NCBI GenBank assembly: GCA_011109175.1
Contig: RDEW01000018.1
Span: 312,887 to 376,886 of the forward strand
Origin: Dicyema japonicum
Taxonomy: Eukaryota; Animalia; Dicyemida
DNA: 64,000 nt
Reading direction: 5' to 3'
Position numbers and translations under genes: made by a program
The notes under the pieces: model-generated
What the model was told of the DNA's origin: nothing
Databases searched by the model: none
The model's input: the letters and a program-made list of their open reading frames with translations, nothing else
Shown: positions 1 through 12,649 of the stretch, piece by piece
How positions within the stretch are numbered: position 1 is the first letter of the stretch
Layout: the number at the start of each line of letters is the position of its first letter

Positions 1-520
1 GAAAATAAATTTGAGAGGTTTCTGATGTATTCAAACAACACCGATGCACCTGTTTGGTTACTAGAATCTGCGACAGGAATGACTCTTGGATCAATGTCCT
101 CCAGATAGGAAGCATTGGTATCCAGCTTGAGCACGATGTTGTCAGTATTTCCATCATACTTATACTGGAGATATATCTGACGCACAAGTGCCAATTCGGT
201 GGTACCATCGATAGTTATGGACATCATCTTATTTCATGTTGTGAAGGAAAGAAGATACCAAGGCAATAAACGTAATTGTGAAGCGTGCTCTGGAGTTTAC
301 TGAGTACCCATCCATATTAGTTGGTTGGACAGAGGAGGTGGAAAATGGTCATACCAAATTACAATCTTCCCATTAGAGGAAGGAGGAGAAGTCATTGGTA
401 TGGGATGCTATGAAGGATCGACTCCGTTTGTCTTTTTTATTTTTGTCGGGAGTGTGGTAGAGGCACTATAAGCAACGAGAAAAGTTCAGAAAACTAAGAG
501 GAAGAAATACAAAAGGTTTC
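1..520 (+). mobile_element. Decayed CRE-like (RLE-type) non-LTR retrotransposon 3' fragment
   Basis: THKCQFGGTIDSYGHHLISC is a degenerate zinc-knuckle motif, followed by frameshifted LDRGGGK..ITIFP..KSLVWDA; same family as 7365, 11851 and 19056. Confidence 0.7.
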
Positions 521-673
521 TTTCAGATTCACGCCTGGTTGTTATCGTTATGGAAAAAGTGGGTAATCGCTTAATTTTCAAACAAAGTTGGAAAGTCTGG
601 TTATACTCAGAAGACACGACGTAAGTGAAACCCGTGGTTTAACAGTTGATCTCCGTTGCAATCGTGAGATTCA

Positions 674-775
674 ATTATTATTATTAACTCCAGACTTACC
701 ATTCTAAGCCCAGCATAAACAGTCATAACTAACTAATCCAAGAAAGGAACCAAAGGGAAACATCTGCTTGTGCCG
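674..775 (-). repeat. LINE-like 3' end with (TAA)n tail; second copy at 35405-35510
   Basis: About 100 bp (aacagtcataactaactaatccaag...catctgcttgtg) is clearly similar at both loci and ends in a TAA microsatellite on the minus strand. Confidence 0.6.
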
Positions 776-927
776 AGAAGCAATGGTGAGAAGCAATTAT
801 GTCGGCGATGACAATTTGACTAATTATTATAAATATTTAAAAAAAGTAAAATGGATATTAATTTTAATAAATTTGAATTAATTATTTTTCGCTTTTTGCT
901 GTAGTAACTACACAGCAATAAGAATAC

Positions 928-3628
928 ATGTCAATAGACCTAGACTTATTCTATGACGTCGATGATTCCGACTCCAATAAGGAAAGCACGGCATCCCCTA
1001 CCAAGGTAACGACTCGAAGAAAGTCCACAAAAAGCCAGACATTCGACTCATTTAAAATATCCGAGGAAATGAATTCCAAGGACTTTGATATTTTGTCCGC
1101 CCCCAGTATCGCGTTCCCTCAGAAGAAGTTCTACTCCCTCGGCCAGACTTTTGATATACAACACAAAAACCTGGCCGAAATCGACGTAGAAGAGATGATG
1201 CTATTGCAGATAAAGAAGCGCAAGGAACAGGAGTATGATTTGTAGTAATTCCAGACGAATGGAAGAAGACGCCGAGTTGGATCGACGGTTGTTCCTTGTG
1301 CAGAAAATGAAGGTTTTGGGCTATTATTAGAAGAGAGTGAGCAACTGAACCGGTCTGCCTCAAATTGTGAAGTTTCCGTTCTTGAATCCACTGTGGTCTC
1401 GGATAACACAGATTATGATAGAAGGACAACTCTGGTACCCGATAACACTTCTGAACAAAATGAGTGTTCTGAAAGCCTCTTAAACAAAGTATATTTGTCA
1501 TTATTACCTCCTACTTGCATTTAGGTGAAATTTACCTCATTTAAAGGGGCATTTTAAGTTTATTTACTTAAAAGGCATTAAAAATTGTGATTTTTGAAAT
1601 TTTCCGCTTTTATCGCCTTCTATATTTTCCAGTAAATTTGTTTTTATGTCATTGTGTGTATAACATATTTTAATTTTTGCTATTAAATTTAATCGCCTCT
1701 ATTTTCATTTATTTGTTTCAGCTTATTTTGTATTTTCGAAATTTATTATTTGTACGATCGTACACAATTTTTCCGCATTTTTTGAATTTATTACATTTTT
1801 ATGCGACTAATCTGTTAGGACAAGTCAATAGTTTCTGAAAAAACGAACAGTTTTGTGACAGATAAATTCCCCTCGACAGGTACCGTTAACGCTCTTCAGG
1901 AGACTTTGAACATTAGAAGCAGGACTTTTGAAGATGTTTCCACTCCTTCTCCCGTTGGACGTAACTCGGTTTTCAAAAACGCTGCCAAACTCATAAAGGA
2001 GCACAGGCAAGCTGTGGAATCATTCTAGCCAACGACTGGTTTCTATTGTAGGAAAGGCGGCTCAGAAAGGTACCACGTGGATTAATAAACAGTTATCAAG
2101 AGTGACGATTCTTCTCTCAGTGATGACTACAGCCTGGACTCCGACTCAGTTAAGGTTCCGTTGGGTTACATGGCAGTACAAGTCAAGGAAGAAGCACTGC
2201 AATACTTTGAAATTCGAGAAAACGCGGATGGTTCAGCTGTTAGAAGGTCATCATGTGGTTAGAACCGTTGTTATGATAGGGATCCATCTGGGCTGTAGAG
2301 TTTTCCCGTTGTGGGGTTTTTATGGCGACCGGTGGACAGGACGGAGTGATTCACGTGTGGGTTGTGAGAGAGATGTCTGCGGAAATGCGAAATAACCGGA
2401 ATGATACGAAGGATACGACTTTAGATGGTTACAAGTTGGCAAAATTCAGAATTCCGTAGTCGGTTGTTCTACTCCCGTTCTTCGTTGTTCACAGATGCGT
2501 CTTCGATCTCCTCTGGGAATCTGTCGGAATTTTCTTTGGTTTTTTCTTCTGTTATTACAGACTGGGAGTGAACCGAGCGTCTACTCAACCTCCACCATGA
2601 ATACGACGGACAAGTCATCGACTTCCGTCCTGTTTGACCCGGTCCCATTCGTTTCTTACAAATCCCACGAATCTGACGTTCTCTGTTTGTCATGGTCCCG
2701 AGTTAGCACACTAACTGACAGTAGACTCATTTTTTGGTGTCTTCCTCGATGGATATGACGGTGAGACTGTTCAATGTATTTCACGGAAACTGTCTTTGCT
2801 GTTTTCGTCACGGAGATTGTGTTCCATCTGTGGCCTTCCACCCTCAGGTTTTGATTTCACGGATTTTAGGACGAACGGTACTTTGTGAGCGGTTCATTGG
2901 AGGGGATCGTGAGGATCTGGAATATTCCCGATAAGAAGGTGGCTATGTGGAACAGAGTAGACGGAGGATCATCGCGGATGATCACCGCTGTGAGTTTCTG
3001 TCGCAACGGAAGGATCGTGGTGGTGGGGACATACTCTGGTACCTGTCTCTTCTATGAGGCATCGGTGAGGCTGGTAATTATTTGTAGAAACTGCAGTACT
3101 CCACTCAGATCCAGCTGAAGGGATCTGGGAAAAACACGTGTCCAAAGATCACTGGGATCATTCAGATGCCAAACTGTTCGAACAAGGTGTTGGTTTCCTC
3201 CAACGATTCTCGGATTCGTTTGTACGACCTCCGTGATTTGTCATTGACGTGTAAATATAAGGGGGGACTGAACTGTAATAGTCAAATAAGGGCTTCTTTC
3301 AAGTAGTTGGAGGGTTTAATGTAGCCACTCTGGAAAGTTCATCATATGTGGGTCAGAGAATCACTGGATTTACATTTGGCGGACCAATAGGACTCTTTCA
3401 TCTACTAATTTTGGGAGAAGGGACAAGAATAACCAATATGAGAGAGTGAGAGGTAGTATTTGTATCTAATAAGCGCACTTTGTGACTGTCTCGTGTGTTG
3501 CTTTTGCTCCCAAATTGGAATATTTTGTGAAGAGTAAGCATAGTAATGGTGAAGTCTTTGTATCGGCTGATGTTTTGGGGAATATTAAGGTCTTTAAGGT
3601 GAGGTGGTCCAGGAAGGCTGCCTCTTAG
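928..3628 (+). CDS. WDR44: WD repeat protein 44 (Rab11-binding protein), multi-exon
   Basis: Spliced peptides GSIWAVEFSRCGVFMATGGQDGVIHVW, HESDVLCLSWSR-THFLVSSSMDMTVRLF, HPQ-DERYFVSGSLEGIVRIWNIPDKKVAMWN, LVSSNDSRIRLYDLRDLSLTCKYKG follow WDR44 closely. GT-AG introns at 2258-2279, 2702-2724, 2848-2869, 3065-3087, 3303-3324 and 3453-3473 (21-23 nt) restore the frame. N-terminal exons are less certain. Confidence 0.95.
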
Positions 3629-4199
3629 AGGTCTTATTTTCTCAAACTTTATTTATAAAATATTTTTACTTGTATTCCATGTTCATTAGTTTTATCGGTT
3701 TCTTATGTAGGTTTTTTATCTTATTTGATAATTTTATGCTGTTAAGACTCAATATTATGTAATCGGTTATAGTGCACCAATCTGGTAATACTTTAGACAT
3801 AAAGCACCTTTATTAAAGTAATACAAGGGAAACCATTAGGTCTATGTTTTTTCGAATCAGTGATCTTGATACTCAAAGGATCAATAGAGAAAGCATTACA
3901 TGTATCATTCTTATCCATTTTCTTGGGCCAATTCAGTCCAAAGAATGTCTTGAGTTGCACTTAATGAAACTAGTCTATCTCATCTTCTTCAACTTTGAAA
4001 ATTGGCCACATTGACGAATTATAAAATAGGGTTGATTTAACAAATTTTTATGTACCCTCAACCGGAATGGTACAGTTGATCGTTTTCCGTCAACCCTGTC
4101 TTGACTTAGTAAGGTTCTTTCTTTGAACAATATCCTCACAGTCTCCAAATAAGAAAATAAGAAGACATTATATATCCATCTATATGAAGTCGACATACT

Positions 4200-4760
4200 C
4201 CGCATAGACCAGATACACTTGTTTTCCAAGATCAAGATGTAAAAAAAATCGAAAATTATGCGTAGCGAGCAGAGGTTGTAGCCACTCACTTTGAACATCC
4301 GCTCAATGTGTTGGAAGAAAAATCTGACTTTATGTATAATGAAGGTATAAATTTAAACATAAAATTACATCAGTGAGGTCTCCAGAGCAATAAAGAAACT
4401 CAAAGATGAAAGCCGTCATGAACCCGATAATATTAGCTGAGAGTCATAGTCTAGTGGAATTCACAGACAAATTTGCAGTGTTGCTGACTGATAGTAAACA
4501 ATTACTATTCTGAACTTGGAATAGCATTACTGATGCCAATTCAGAAAGAAATATGCTTGCTGGGTTGATCGATAACCTACGCCCTATGATCTCATTGAAC
4601 ACAATACGAGAGGTCCTTGCAAATCGTTTTTAACCGGATCCAAGAATCATTGAATAAATATCTGGCACATAGTCAAACTGGCTTCAGAACAAGGAGTTCT
4701 ACGAATGATATAATGTGGTGTTATAGATGGCATTCAGTTATTCAGTTTGTATAATTATAG
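4200..4760 (+). pseudogene. Decayed RTE-like LINE reverse transcriptase fragment
   Basis: AEVVATHFEH..., EVSRAIKKLK, LGIALLMPIQK and SQTGFRTRSST match the RTE element at 19750-22700, with stops and frameshifts. Confidence 0.65.
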
Positions 4761-5107
4761 ACAAAAAACCTTTACTATATGTTTCGGGGCTGTCTTTAAC
4801 GTCTGGGTCTGTTAATTCAGCAATATTATCCACACTTTCCAGGTTGTCTTCACCGTCTAGTATTTTTCAAATTGGTGTTGTAGCCAAGAATTCCTCGATA
4901 TCTCTAAAACGTACTACTCTTACAAAAAAATAAAAGCACAAATTTACATGTGGATGAGTGAGGCGTTTGAATGTATAAAAACACAGACTTTCGAATGTGC
5001 TTGTGTGGAGAGTGTCCCGCAGGGCGTATATTTATAGGGATCTAATGGTCCCAGTTCCTATTAAGAAGGCTCACAATTCGAATTTTAATTGAAAATAACA
5101 TTAAATA

Positions 5108-7070
5108 CAGTAAACTCTCTCAAATTTGCCGTTTTTGGTTACAGCAAAATTGTGGCAAATTTGAGAATTGGCAGATTTCAGAATAGAATTTTATTTGAAG
5201 TTTTAATTGATTTATTTAAAAATAATTAAAATATTTAAATTAATAAATTTTATTTTTAAAGGAAAACAATATTTTTAACCAAAGAAACAAAAATTAATTA
5301 AAATTTATTAAAGTAATACTCAATTCCCAATTCCCTCTTATTAGAATTTTTAATATTTTCTTTATATCTTCTTGTTGAAGTAATGAATTCTACATCATTG
5401 TCATTTTCAATGTTTTCTAGAAGATAATTTTCAATCTATCTTAATTGAAGAGCATTTCAGCCTTGTTTAATGACTCATGTACTTCTACACAACCGGATTC
5501 TTCTTGGTCCTCAATAGCAATTAATTTCTTCTCTTCATCAATCCTTCTGGTTTAGTGGTTAGGTGTCGGGCTTAAGTGGCTTAGGCTACGGGTTCGAATC
5601 TCGCTGCTGTTCACCTGGTGGAAGGTTCCACGCATCTACGATGCAGAAATGGTTTGACGAGTGACGCCGTCATCAGTGAATGCTCACTGCGGAACTGGAT
5701 TGTCTAGAAAGGGCACTCACACAAGAAAAAGAAAAAAAGAAGTGAAGATCATTCCTTGGTTCTACGATTAGTTAAAATTAACTGTTCTTTACTTAAATAA
5801 AGTGTGTGTCCTGCCTTGCGGAGTTATAAAATACTATGGCTCTCGTGAAAAGGCTTTATTATTATCAATCCTTCTTTTCTCTGTAATCAATTGAAATTAA
5901 TTCTTCTATTTCAATAGGATAATAAATATCTGTTCTGGATGCAATTTCATCTGTTACATTTATGTTAGTAAATTCTGAATCGCATTCTGTACGTTCTAAT
6001 ATTATTATCAATCCTCCTTTTCTCTGTAATCAATTGAAAAAAATTCTTCTATTTCAATAAAGTCATAAATATCTGTTTTGGATACAATTTCATCTGTTAC
6101 ATTTATGTTAGTAAATTCTGATTCGCATTCTGTACGTTCTAAACGCTTAAAACAGTTTGAAATTGTTTGAGATTTCACATCTTTCCATGCCATTTTTACA
6201 AACAATACAGTATCCCTAAGATTTAACTTCTTATGTGATTCCAAGTTATAAATATTTTCAGTCGAGTAACTCCTTGAAACTTCTTCAAATTCTTTTTAAA
6301 AGACATCAATATCCACATGTTTTTCAGTGCGCATTTCGCCGTGTAATTTGTAATTCGAAATCTGTCTTTTTCCAGAAACCCGAAAGAATTTTTAAAATTA
6401 GTTAACGAAAATTCTTCCTTATGTAATAATAGAGAATCGTTCAATAAAGCACCTTAAACGTTAGAGTAAATTGTGTACCTTTTGATTCCATTGAATCCAT
6501 CCAATCTACTAGTTGTAATTCGAAATCTGTCTTTTTCCAGAAACCCGAAAGAATTTTTAAAATTAGTTAACGAAAATTCTTCCTTATGTAATAATAGAGA
6601 ATCGTTCAATAAAGCACCTTAAACGTTAGAGTAAATTGTGTACCTTTTGATTCCATTGAATCCATCCAATCTACTAGATTTTTATCAAACTGTTAGTTTA
6701 AGATTTCAGTCTTGAACTGAAATAAAAGCGATTCTGCATTCATTAATATTCAAGATTCTCTTTTTAAAAATAGAAGAAAAAATGTTGCATATCGCCTGAG
6801 ATGAAGCTGATATATTGGTTTCTTTATACCACAATATTTCCACTTTTTGAGCAATTGAAAGTATGGTGTAGCCTCCAACAAGAACATTCCGACCCATGCT
6901 TGCTTTAAAGTATTTCAATTTTTAAAAAATTTTAAAAATATTAAAAAAAAATAAAAATAATATTTTAAAATGTTGGCAAATTTCAGAATTGGCAAATATC
7001 ATTGCAAAAATATAAAAAAATCGATAAAAAATGGCAAATTTAAGAGTGGCATATTTGAGAGAGTTTACTG
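5108..7070 (-). mobile_element. Tigger/pogo DNA transposon, both ends intact, internally deleted
   Basis: 18-bp TIR CAGTAAACTCTCTCAAAT at 5108, inverted at 7053-7070, with TA on both flanks. Minus-strand remnants of the N-terminal HTH (LSIAQKVEIL), the CENP-B-like HTH and the C-terminal AWKDVKSQTISNCF; no DDE core seen. Confidence 0.9.
5549..5740 (+). mobile_element. tRNA-derived SINE inserted in the Tigger element
   Basis: A-box-like TAGTGGTTAGG, B-box GGTTCGAATC (5591-5600), unrelated body and A-rich tail. No complete cloverleaf. Confidence 0.6.
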
Positions 7071-7364
7071 TATTATTTATTGGACAGCAAAAAAAATATC
7101 TGACAGATTATTTTGCGTTAAAAATAAGAAATATCTGGTTTGGTACACTACTTGTTTCGATGGCGTTTCCTTCATCAACCTTGTGCTCCCAGCTACCTCA
7201 GTGATGATCGGAACTCTCAAAAAAGGCATTCAAATCCCTTTGTTCGTCTTTCTCGCTTCAGGAGTTTGAAAAAAAACAATTCTAACTCTAATAGTCTAGC
7301 CATTCAACAGGCCATTATTGTTTGATCTATAATAATTTTTATTTTATTTAACAAAAAAGATGGA

Positions 7365-7760
7365 AAGAGACCTGACGGGATGACCTTTTTCCCCTTCACG
7401 TCTGGAAGATCTTTGGTCTGGGACGCAACTTGCATAGACACGTTCTCAAGCACGAACATTTTTAAATCTGTTCAGACACCTGGAGCAGCTGCTTCGACTA
7501 CGGAAAACCTAAAAATCAAGAAATATTCTTGCCTCGGGGATCGCTACCGATTTACTCCTGTTGCGACCGAATCATCGGGAGCCGTTGGTCCAATGACGGC
7601 TGAATTCTTGCAAGAACTCGGAGGATTGCTTGCCAGAAAGAAAAGGGATCAACGAGAAGGGTTATGGCTAAGACAAAAGATTGGAATAGCCATACTCCGA
7701 GGGAACTCGTTCGCAATCCACGCAGCAGGCTTCTTCAACTGACATTTGTTTAATTGTTAA
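7365..7760 (+). mobile_element. CRE-like non-LTR element, RLE endonuclease C-terminus
   Basis: DGKRPDGMTFFPFTSGRSLVWDATCIDTF...AVGPMTAEFL...IAILRGNS is the CRE-type restriction-like endonuclease pattern. Confidence 0.85.
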
Positions 7761-7842
7761 AAAAAAATTTTTACTTTAACAAAGAAACAAATGTTAGTTA
7801 AAGAAACCGGCTGCGTGGATCGCGAACGAGTTCCCTCGGAGT
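7694..7842. repeat. Imperfect foldback inverted repeat (arms about 68 bp)
   Basis: 7694-7762 is the reverse complement of 7775-7842 at roughly 85-90% identity, with a short A/T loop. Confidence 0.85.
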
Positions 7843-8610
7843 GATTAATATAATAATTAAATATTAATTAAAATTACTAATAAATTTAGTTATTTTAAAG
7901 TTGATGGACAGTCAAATGGAACATATTCTTACATTTAATCTCTTGTATTGAAGAAAACTCTTGAGAGTATGTTTGTAACAAAACTTAACCCAAACAACTC
8001 CTTGGAAGCGATCCCATCGGATAAATCCTCTAATCAAGGGAATTTACCACAATTCTGATATTTTGCATGAAACCTTGTCAGTCCCTGTCTGGAGCCACGA
8101 GGCCAATAGACTTTTGGTGTTTTTTTGAAACTCCTTGTAGAAGATAGGCTGTCGGATTAGATGTAGACTTCGCCTTCTATCTCTGGGGAGAAGAGACCGA
8201 TCCCGCGACCTCTACTATTTTCAACCCTTTTCATCGCTTTATTGACTCAATAAAAATTTTTTGTAATGATTATAATGATTGTACTTATGATATTAATCCG
8301 GGAATGTTAATTTTGTGAGTATTTATGAAGTTAATGATAATGAATAAGTTGTTATGTTCTGACTAATAAATTGTGACTTAAAGTTCACCTCTATAGTTTT
8401 TAGCACTAATTCGTGTTCTTTCTAAAAAACGTAGTTTTTTTTATTAACGTGAAAAATATAGGCATTTTCCTTGTCGAAAATAAATTTTTAGAGAGTTTTT
8501 TAAGATGAAATCTGTCAAGTGGATTAATGTTTCCTCCTACGTCAAAATTATTACTGATTTCCTTTAATTTTACTGGTGTTAATCGCACTAGACGCATTTG
8601 TTCACGTTTA

Positions 8611-9070
8611 TTATTATTATTACCCCCAGGATCACTGGGTCAAAAAGAAAAAAATAAAAGTTCTCATCTAACTAAGTGATCCTAGACCGACAAAGGAGAG
8701 GACAAGGCCAGCGGAGTCGAGAATTCTGATTAGCTCTTCTCATTAGAAATGGCATCGGCTCAAAATTTCTGTATGATTGTAGATATTTCGATAGTGTATG
8801 GAATAGAAGGCAGCTCGGTAGACTAGCCGCCTTTAAAAGTTTCTGTTGTAATTGCATTAAGAAATTTTCAATAGGCTGGATTTCGTGTTCTGGTCCAATT
8901 AACTTTATTGCAGCCTCCTCGATTGCGCATAGTTTCAATGAGGAAAATCGTGAAATTTGCATTGCCCATGAAGGACTTGCATACGTCATCGTTGGTCGGA
9001 TAAATTGTTCATGAATCGTGGCAAGGCCACCAGTTTGGCCTCTAAGTGTTTTTGAGAGCACTTTTAAAAC
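8611..9070 (-). mobile_element. Ingi/Vingi-like LINE 3' fragment (subfamily b)
   Basis: FIRPTMTYASPSW...CRSRIT is nearly the same as 43047-43348; ends GACCCAGTGATCCTGGGG-(TAA)n. Confidence 0.8.
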
Positions 9071-9204
9071 GTTTATTCTATTTATTAATTTTATTGATTA
9101 ATTATTAAAATTTATAGATATATTTTAATATCCAATGAAAAATTTATGAAATTTCATATTTTTAATTCAATTTGCGAACGACAATGAATTTATCCTAAGA
9201 TTAA

Positions 9205-9600
9205 TTAATAGGAAGAAAGTATTGACTAACTGATTAAGTGATCCTAGCCTCCAACATCTCTCGAATTATCTTCGAATGCATTTATCCTAAGATTAATTAA
9301 TAGGAAGAAAGTATTGACTAACTGATTAAGTGATCCTAGCCTCCAACATCTCTCGAATTATCTTCGAATGCTCCGCCAGCGATCCAGCTGGATTCCTGAA
9401 TTGTCTTCTTTTATGTGAATTCTATCTTAGTGCACTTTTTTATGCCGATCTGAATTCCACCACATGTGTCACCCTTTCTCTGAATGGGTTTCCTAGCTTC
9501 TTGCAGATAAGTAGGAAGCCCTGACCATCTTTCATTGAGTTAAAGGAACAAGCCATTGATAAAACCACGTGACATAGCCTCACAAATCTCATAGGTTTTG
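9205..9600 (-). mobile_element. 3' fragment of the 2A-bearing Ingi/Vingi-like family
   Basis: Reverse complement aligns by eye to 42700-42950, including tgttggaggct(a/g)ggatcac(t/c)taa. Confidence 0.7.
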
Positions 9601-11248
9601 TCAACCAATAATATCAAGTTTCAATTTAAATTATTTTGAGGAATTGAATCGTTAAATTTAATTTAAGATTGAATCACGATGCTGGTGACTATTAGAACAG
9701 ATTTCCTTCGCAATCCTGAGAGCAATATCCACCCAGTTAGGCTGCGGCCCTCTAACTTTAATTTTTTGCTTCATTTTGACTAATAAACGTAACCAGTGGA
9801 ATAAGATAATGTGACCTAATGAACATCAAAGTCGTCAGTGAATATTAATGCAAAATAGAAGATGACTAATATTGACTTTAAAATATTTTGCAAGTCGCAT
9901 TTCTTTAAACATGAGACAAGGTAGTCTGTCACTCGAAATAAATTGTGGATATAGCATGGGGCGCCACGTGTATGAAAACTTTCACTTCAAACAACCTCAC
10001 TTAGAGTGCTGGCAGTGCCTGTCAAGTCCCTGAAAAGGCAGGGACATTAAAGCGGCTGACTGGTGATGCAACGATGTAACTATGGAAACCTCTTTAGCCT
10101 CAGATTCTTGTACTACGATCTCTTCAAAACACTCGGAAACTTAATTTTAACCCGCTCAGGGGCATATTGTCCATTCGAATGGATTTTTTCCCAGTCAAGA
10201 AGGGAATAGCAACGCAGTTAGGAAGTTGATTTCTAACTCTATTTTTTGTTTTATAATAAACTAGCAACATAAATTTCGCCCACATATATTTTATGTCATT
10301 GACATGATGTGTGGCTACAACAAATGTCATATTTGACGTTATTTGTGAAACAAGTTGATTGATGTTTTTATTTTACTGACGTTGAATTTATGACTACTTG
10401 CCTGAGTAACAGAACTCAAGACTTCGTCTTAGAGAAAACTCTTGATAAGGTAGGTTCTACGCATTCAGAATACTCATAGTAAAAATCCATCAAGTCAATC
10501 ACTTTCCTACGCATCATTTGACCATTAGTGACACTCAATCGCGAGAAGATCAGTTACAATTTATTCCCCTAGGACCACTAGATTCAAAGAACGTCAGCAG
10601 GTAACTAAGCGATTAAAGACTTACAAAATAGAGATCGAAACCAGCGAGGAAGACATCTTGAATCAATCTCCACCATAGATTTGGAGTCTTCTCGGATGGT
10701 CCTTGAAGTCTTCAATAAAAGTGTCGTAGAGAGCAGCTTAGTAAGTTTGCACTAACAACAAATTGCCCAAATTTAATGTTATTTCAGGCAAATTATTAAT
10801 ATTTACAACCACAAATGAAAAATATTCAAACAGAAAGAGCTTTGTGGTTTTTACGATTTTATCAGGAAAAAATTAAACTCAGGTAAAACCATAAACATCG
10901 AAATCACTATTTTAAACTTAGTAAATAATTCAATACTCAAAAATCCTAATAAAATTATCTTGCCTACGTGCTTCCAATTTACCATTCAAAGTACAACAGT
11001 TGAGTGGAGGAATAATAATCAAGTGCCTACAGATAAAGGTTATTAACATAAAAAATTCACATGACCTTGCCTAGGTGCTTCCAATTTACCATTCAAAGTA
11101 CAACAGTTGAGTGGAGGAATAATAATCAAGTGCCTACAGATAAAGGTTATTAACATAAAAAATTCACATGACAGAATTAGCACAAACCACATCAAAGATA
11201 AAGGTAACCGATAAATTTAACAAAATTAAGAGCATAATTTCAAAAGAA

Positions 11249-11730
11249 TTAATTATGTTTGTGTAGAGAGTCAAATTTAAGGTCATCATAGGGGACTTGG
11301 GGAAAAACTGAAAATGGTGGTTGTGGCATAGTGGAGTACCCGAAGCCTGGGATTGTGAAGAATTCCTGACTTGGTGGATAATCCAAGTAGAAATTGTTTG
11401 AATAAAAGTACGGCATCTTTGAGTACAGACTGGGGACTTGAAAGTGGGAATGAAAAAAATTTGGGGGATTTGTGCATTCTGAGTAGATTGGATAGAAGAT
11501 ACTAGCGTTATCAAAATTCACTTACTCCCACCATTGTTGAAGAAAACCAGGAGAGTCTCCCAAATGAACTGGTTTGTCGTATTTGATCTAAATTTAACAA
11601 AATCTGTACCTCTTTGATAAAATTCTCGGCTATTTCCCCCGCTCCAATATGATGGAGGTACTCGTAGACGTAAGCTGGGAGTCTTTAACATTAAAATTTA
11701 ACAGTACCTGTCCTTTTCGTTTAATACCAT
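11249..11730 (-). CDS. SSBP3: SSDP/SSBP2-4 family LUFS-domain protein, about 136 aa
   Basis: Removing 25-, 22- and 24-nt GT-AG introns gives MVLNEKDRLPAYVYEYLHHIGAGEIAENFIKEIKYDKPVHLGDSPGFLQQWWDIFYPIY, matching the LUFS pattern LxLYVYEYL...LGEPPGFLHSWWCVFWDLY. Spliced length 411 nt. The symbol indicates the family (Ssdp), not a specific paralogue. Confidence 0.85.
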
Positions 11731-11814
11731 TTTAATTATAATATTTACACATTTTATTCATATTTCGGTTCGAAGTTAAATTTATAAAAATATTTTATTT
11801 ATATATTATTAAAA

Positions 11815-12200
11815 ATAAGAAATTTATTACAGAAAAAAGTGAGCAAACGGTCATATAGGGTCTGCCCTGACTACGTGGATGATCTCTCTTAGGATGGCAA
11901 GCGAGATTCTCTCAAATAACCAGCAGCGCTCGTGGGGATCTCCTGATCGTGTAGAAATTCGATTCTTTAGACGACTCAAGAATTCAATTGTTGGAGACGC
12001 AAGCGAACCAGACGCTTCAACAGCGAATGGAACAAACAAAAAATCATTGGGTAGGACCGCGTACTTTGTCCGTTTCAACCTCTCGTCCTTCTCAGTGGCA
12101 GAACAGACTCCAGAGGCACTTTGGAGTAGGTCGCAAGGGGAAAACGTGTCGGTGCAGGTGACGTCCCAGACAAGAGGTCTAATTAAATTAAATTCCATTT
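11815..12200 (-). mobile_element. CRE-like RLE fragment
   Basis: RPLVWDVTCTDTF...FVPFAVEASGSL...WLFERISLAILR; its 3' UTR is shared with 51430-51555. Confidence 0.85.
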
Positions 12201-12274
12201 TAGTTCACTTTTCCTCCTCTAGAAGCAGTTTTGATAAGACGACAACGGAAGTTAGTGAGGATAACTACTCTATC

Positions 12275-12475
12275 TAACAGCCCCCTTTACGAAACCATCT
12301 CCAAATACCTAAAAACCATCCAAAATATGAAATAACTTAATGTCCTTTCTGGGGGGCATCCAAAATTTTAGTCTATGTTGGATAGGACATCTCTCATGCC
12401 GGTCTAGGGTCACTTAGTTTATTTAGGAATTTCCTTTTTTTAACCCTCCGATCCTTGGATCACAATAATAATATT
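12275..12475 (+). mobile_element. Ingi/Vingi-like LINE 3' end remnant
   Basis: LYETISKYL peptide, ggtctagggtcacttagtt motif and TAA tail resemble subfamily b. Confidence 0.55.
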
Positions 12476-12484
12476 ATGGCTTGC

Positions 12485-12600
12485 AGGAAATGAGAACGCA
12501 ATGGGAGTTAGCCCTCATGTTTGCGAACCCAATGTTCTGGAAGAACCATGCTGTCATTCTAGGCTCTCTTTTCCGCATTCCTACAAGCGGCCCGATCGAC
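12485..12600 (-). mobile_element. Small CRE-like C-terminal remnant
   Basis: Minus-strand REPRMTAWFFQNIGFANMRANS resembles the CRE C-terminus. Confidence 0.5.
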
Positions 12601-12649
12601 CTGATAGACTTTTAATCGGTTTGTTATTTTGGTAAATAATTTGAAAAAA

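Noticed and set aside
1052-1501. 149-aa minus-strand ORF (also 36699-37313 and 49251-49784)
   Set aside because: These are antisense shadows of WDR44, DGCR8 and C2CD3 exons.
928-3628. Ciliate (TAA/TAG = Gln) genetic code as the explanation for short ORFs
   Set aside because: Removing micro-introns gives clean frames, and TAA/TAG end the genes at the expected positions.
3975-4298. Minus-strand ORF as a Ty3/Gypsy RT remnant
   Set aside because: The plus strand of the same region matches the RTE family better; LTR-like words were short and out of order.
5549-5620. Functional tRNA gene
   Set aside because: A and B boxes are present but there is no acceptor stem or clean anticodon arm; it runs into a SINE body and A-rich tail.
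5650-5715. Hammerhead ribozyme in the tRNA-SINE body (TTGACGAG...CGGAAC with small hairpins)
   Set aside because: The core deviates from CUGANGA and GAAA, there is no UH triplet after stem III, and stem I has no partner.
10380-10950. Possible plus-strand micro-intron gene
   Set aside because: Several GT-AG candidates exist, but I could not build a phase-consistent model or recognise a product.
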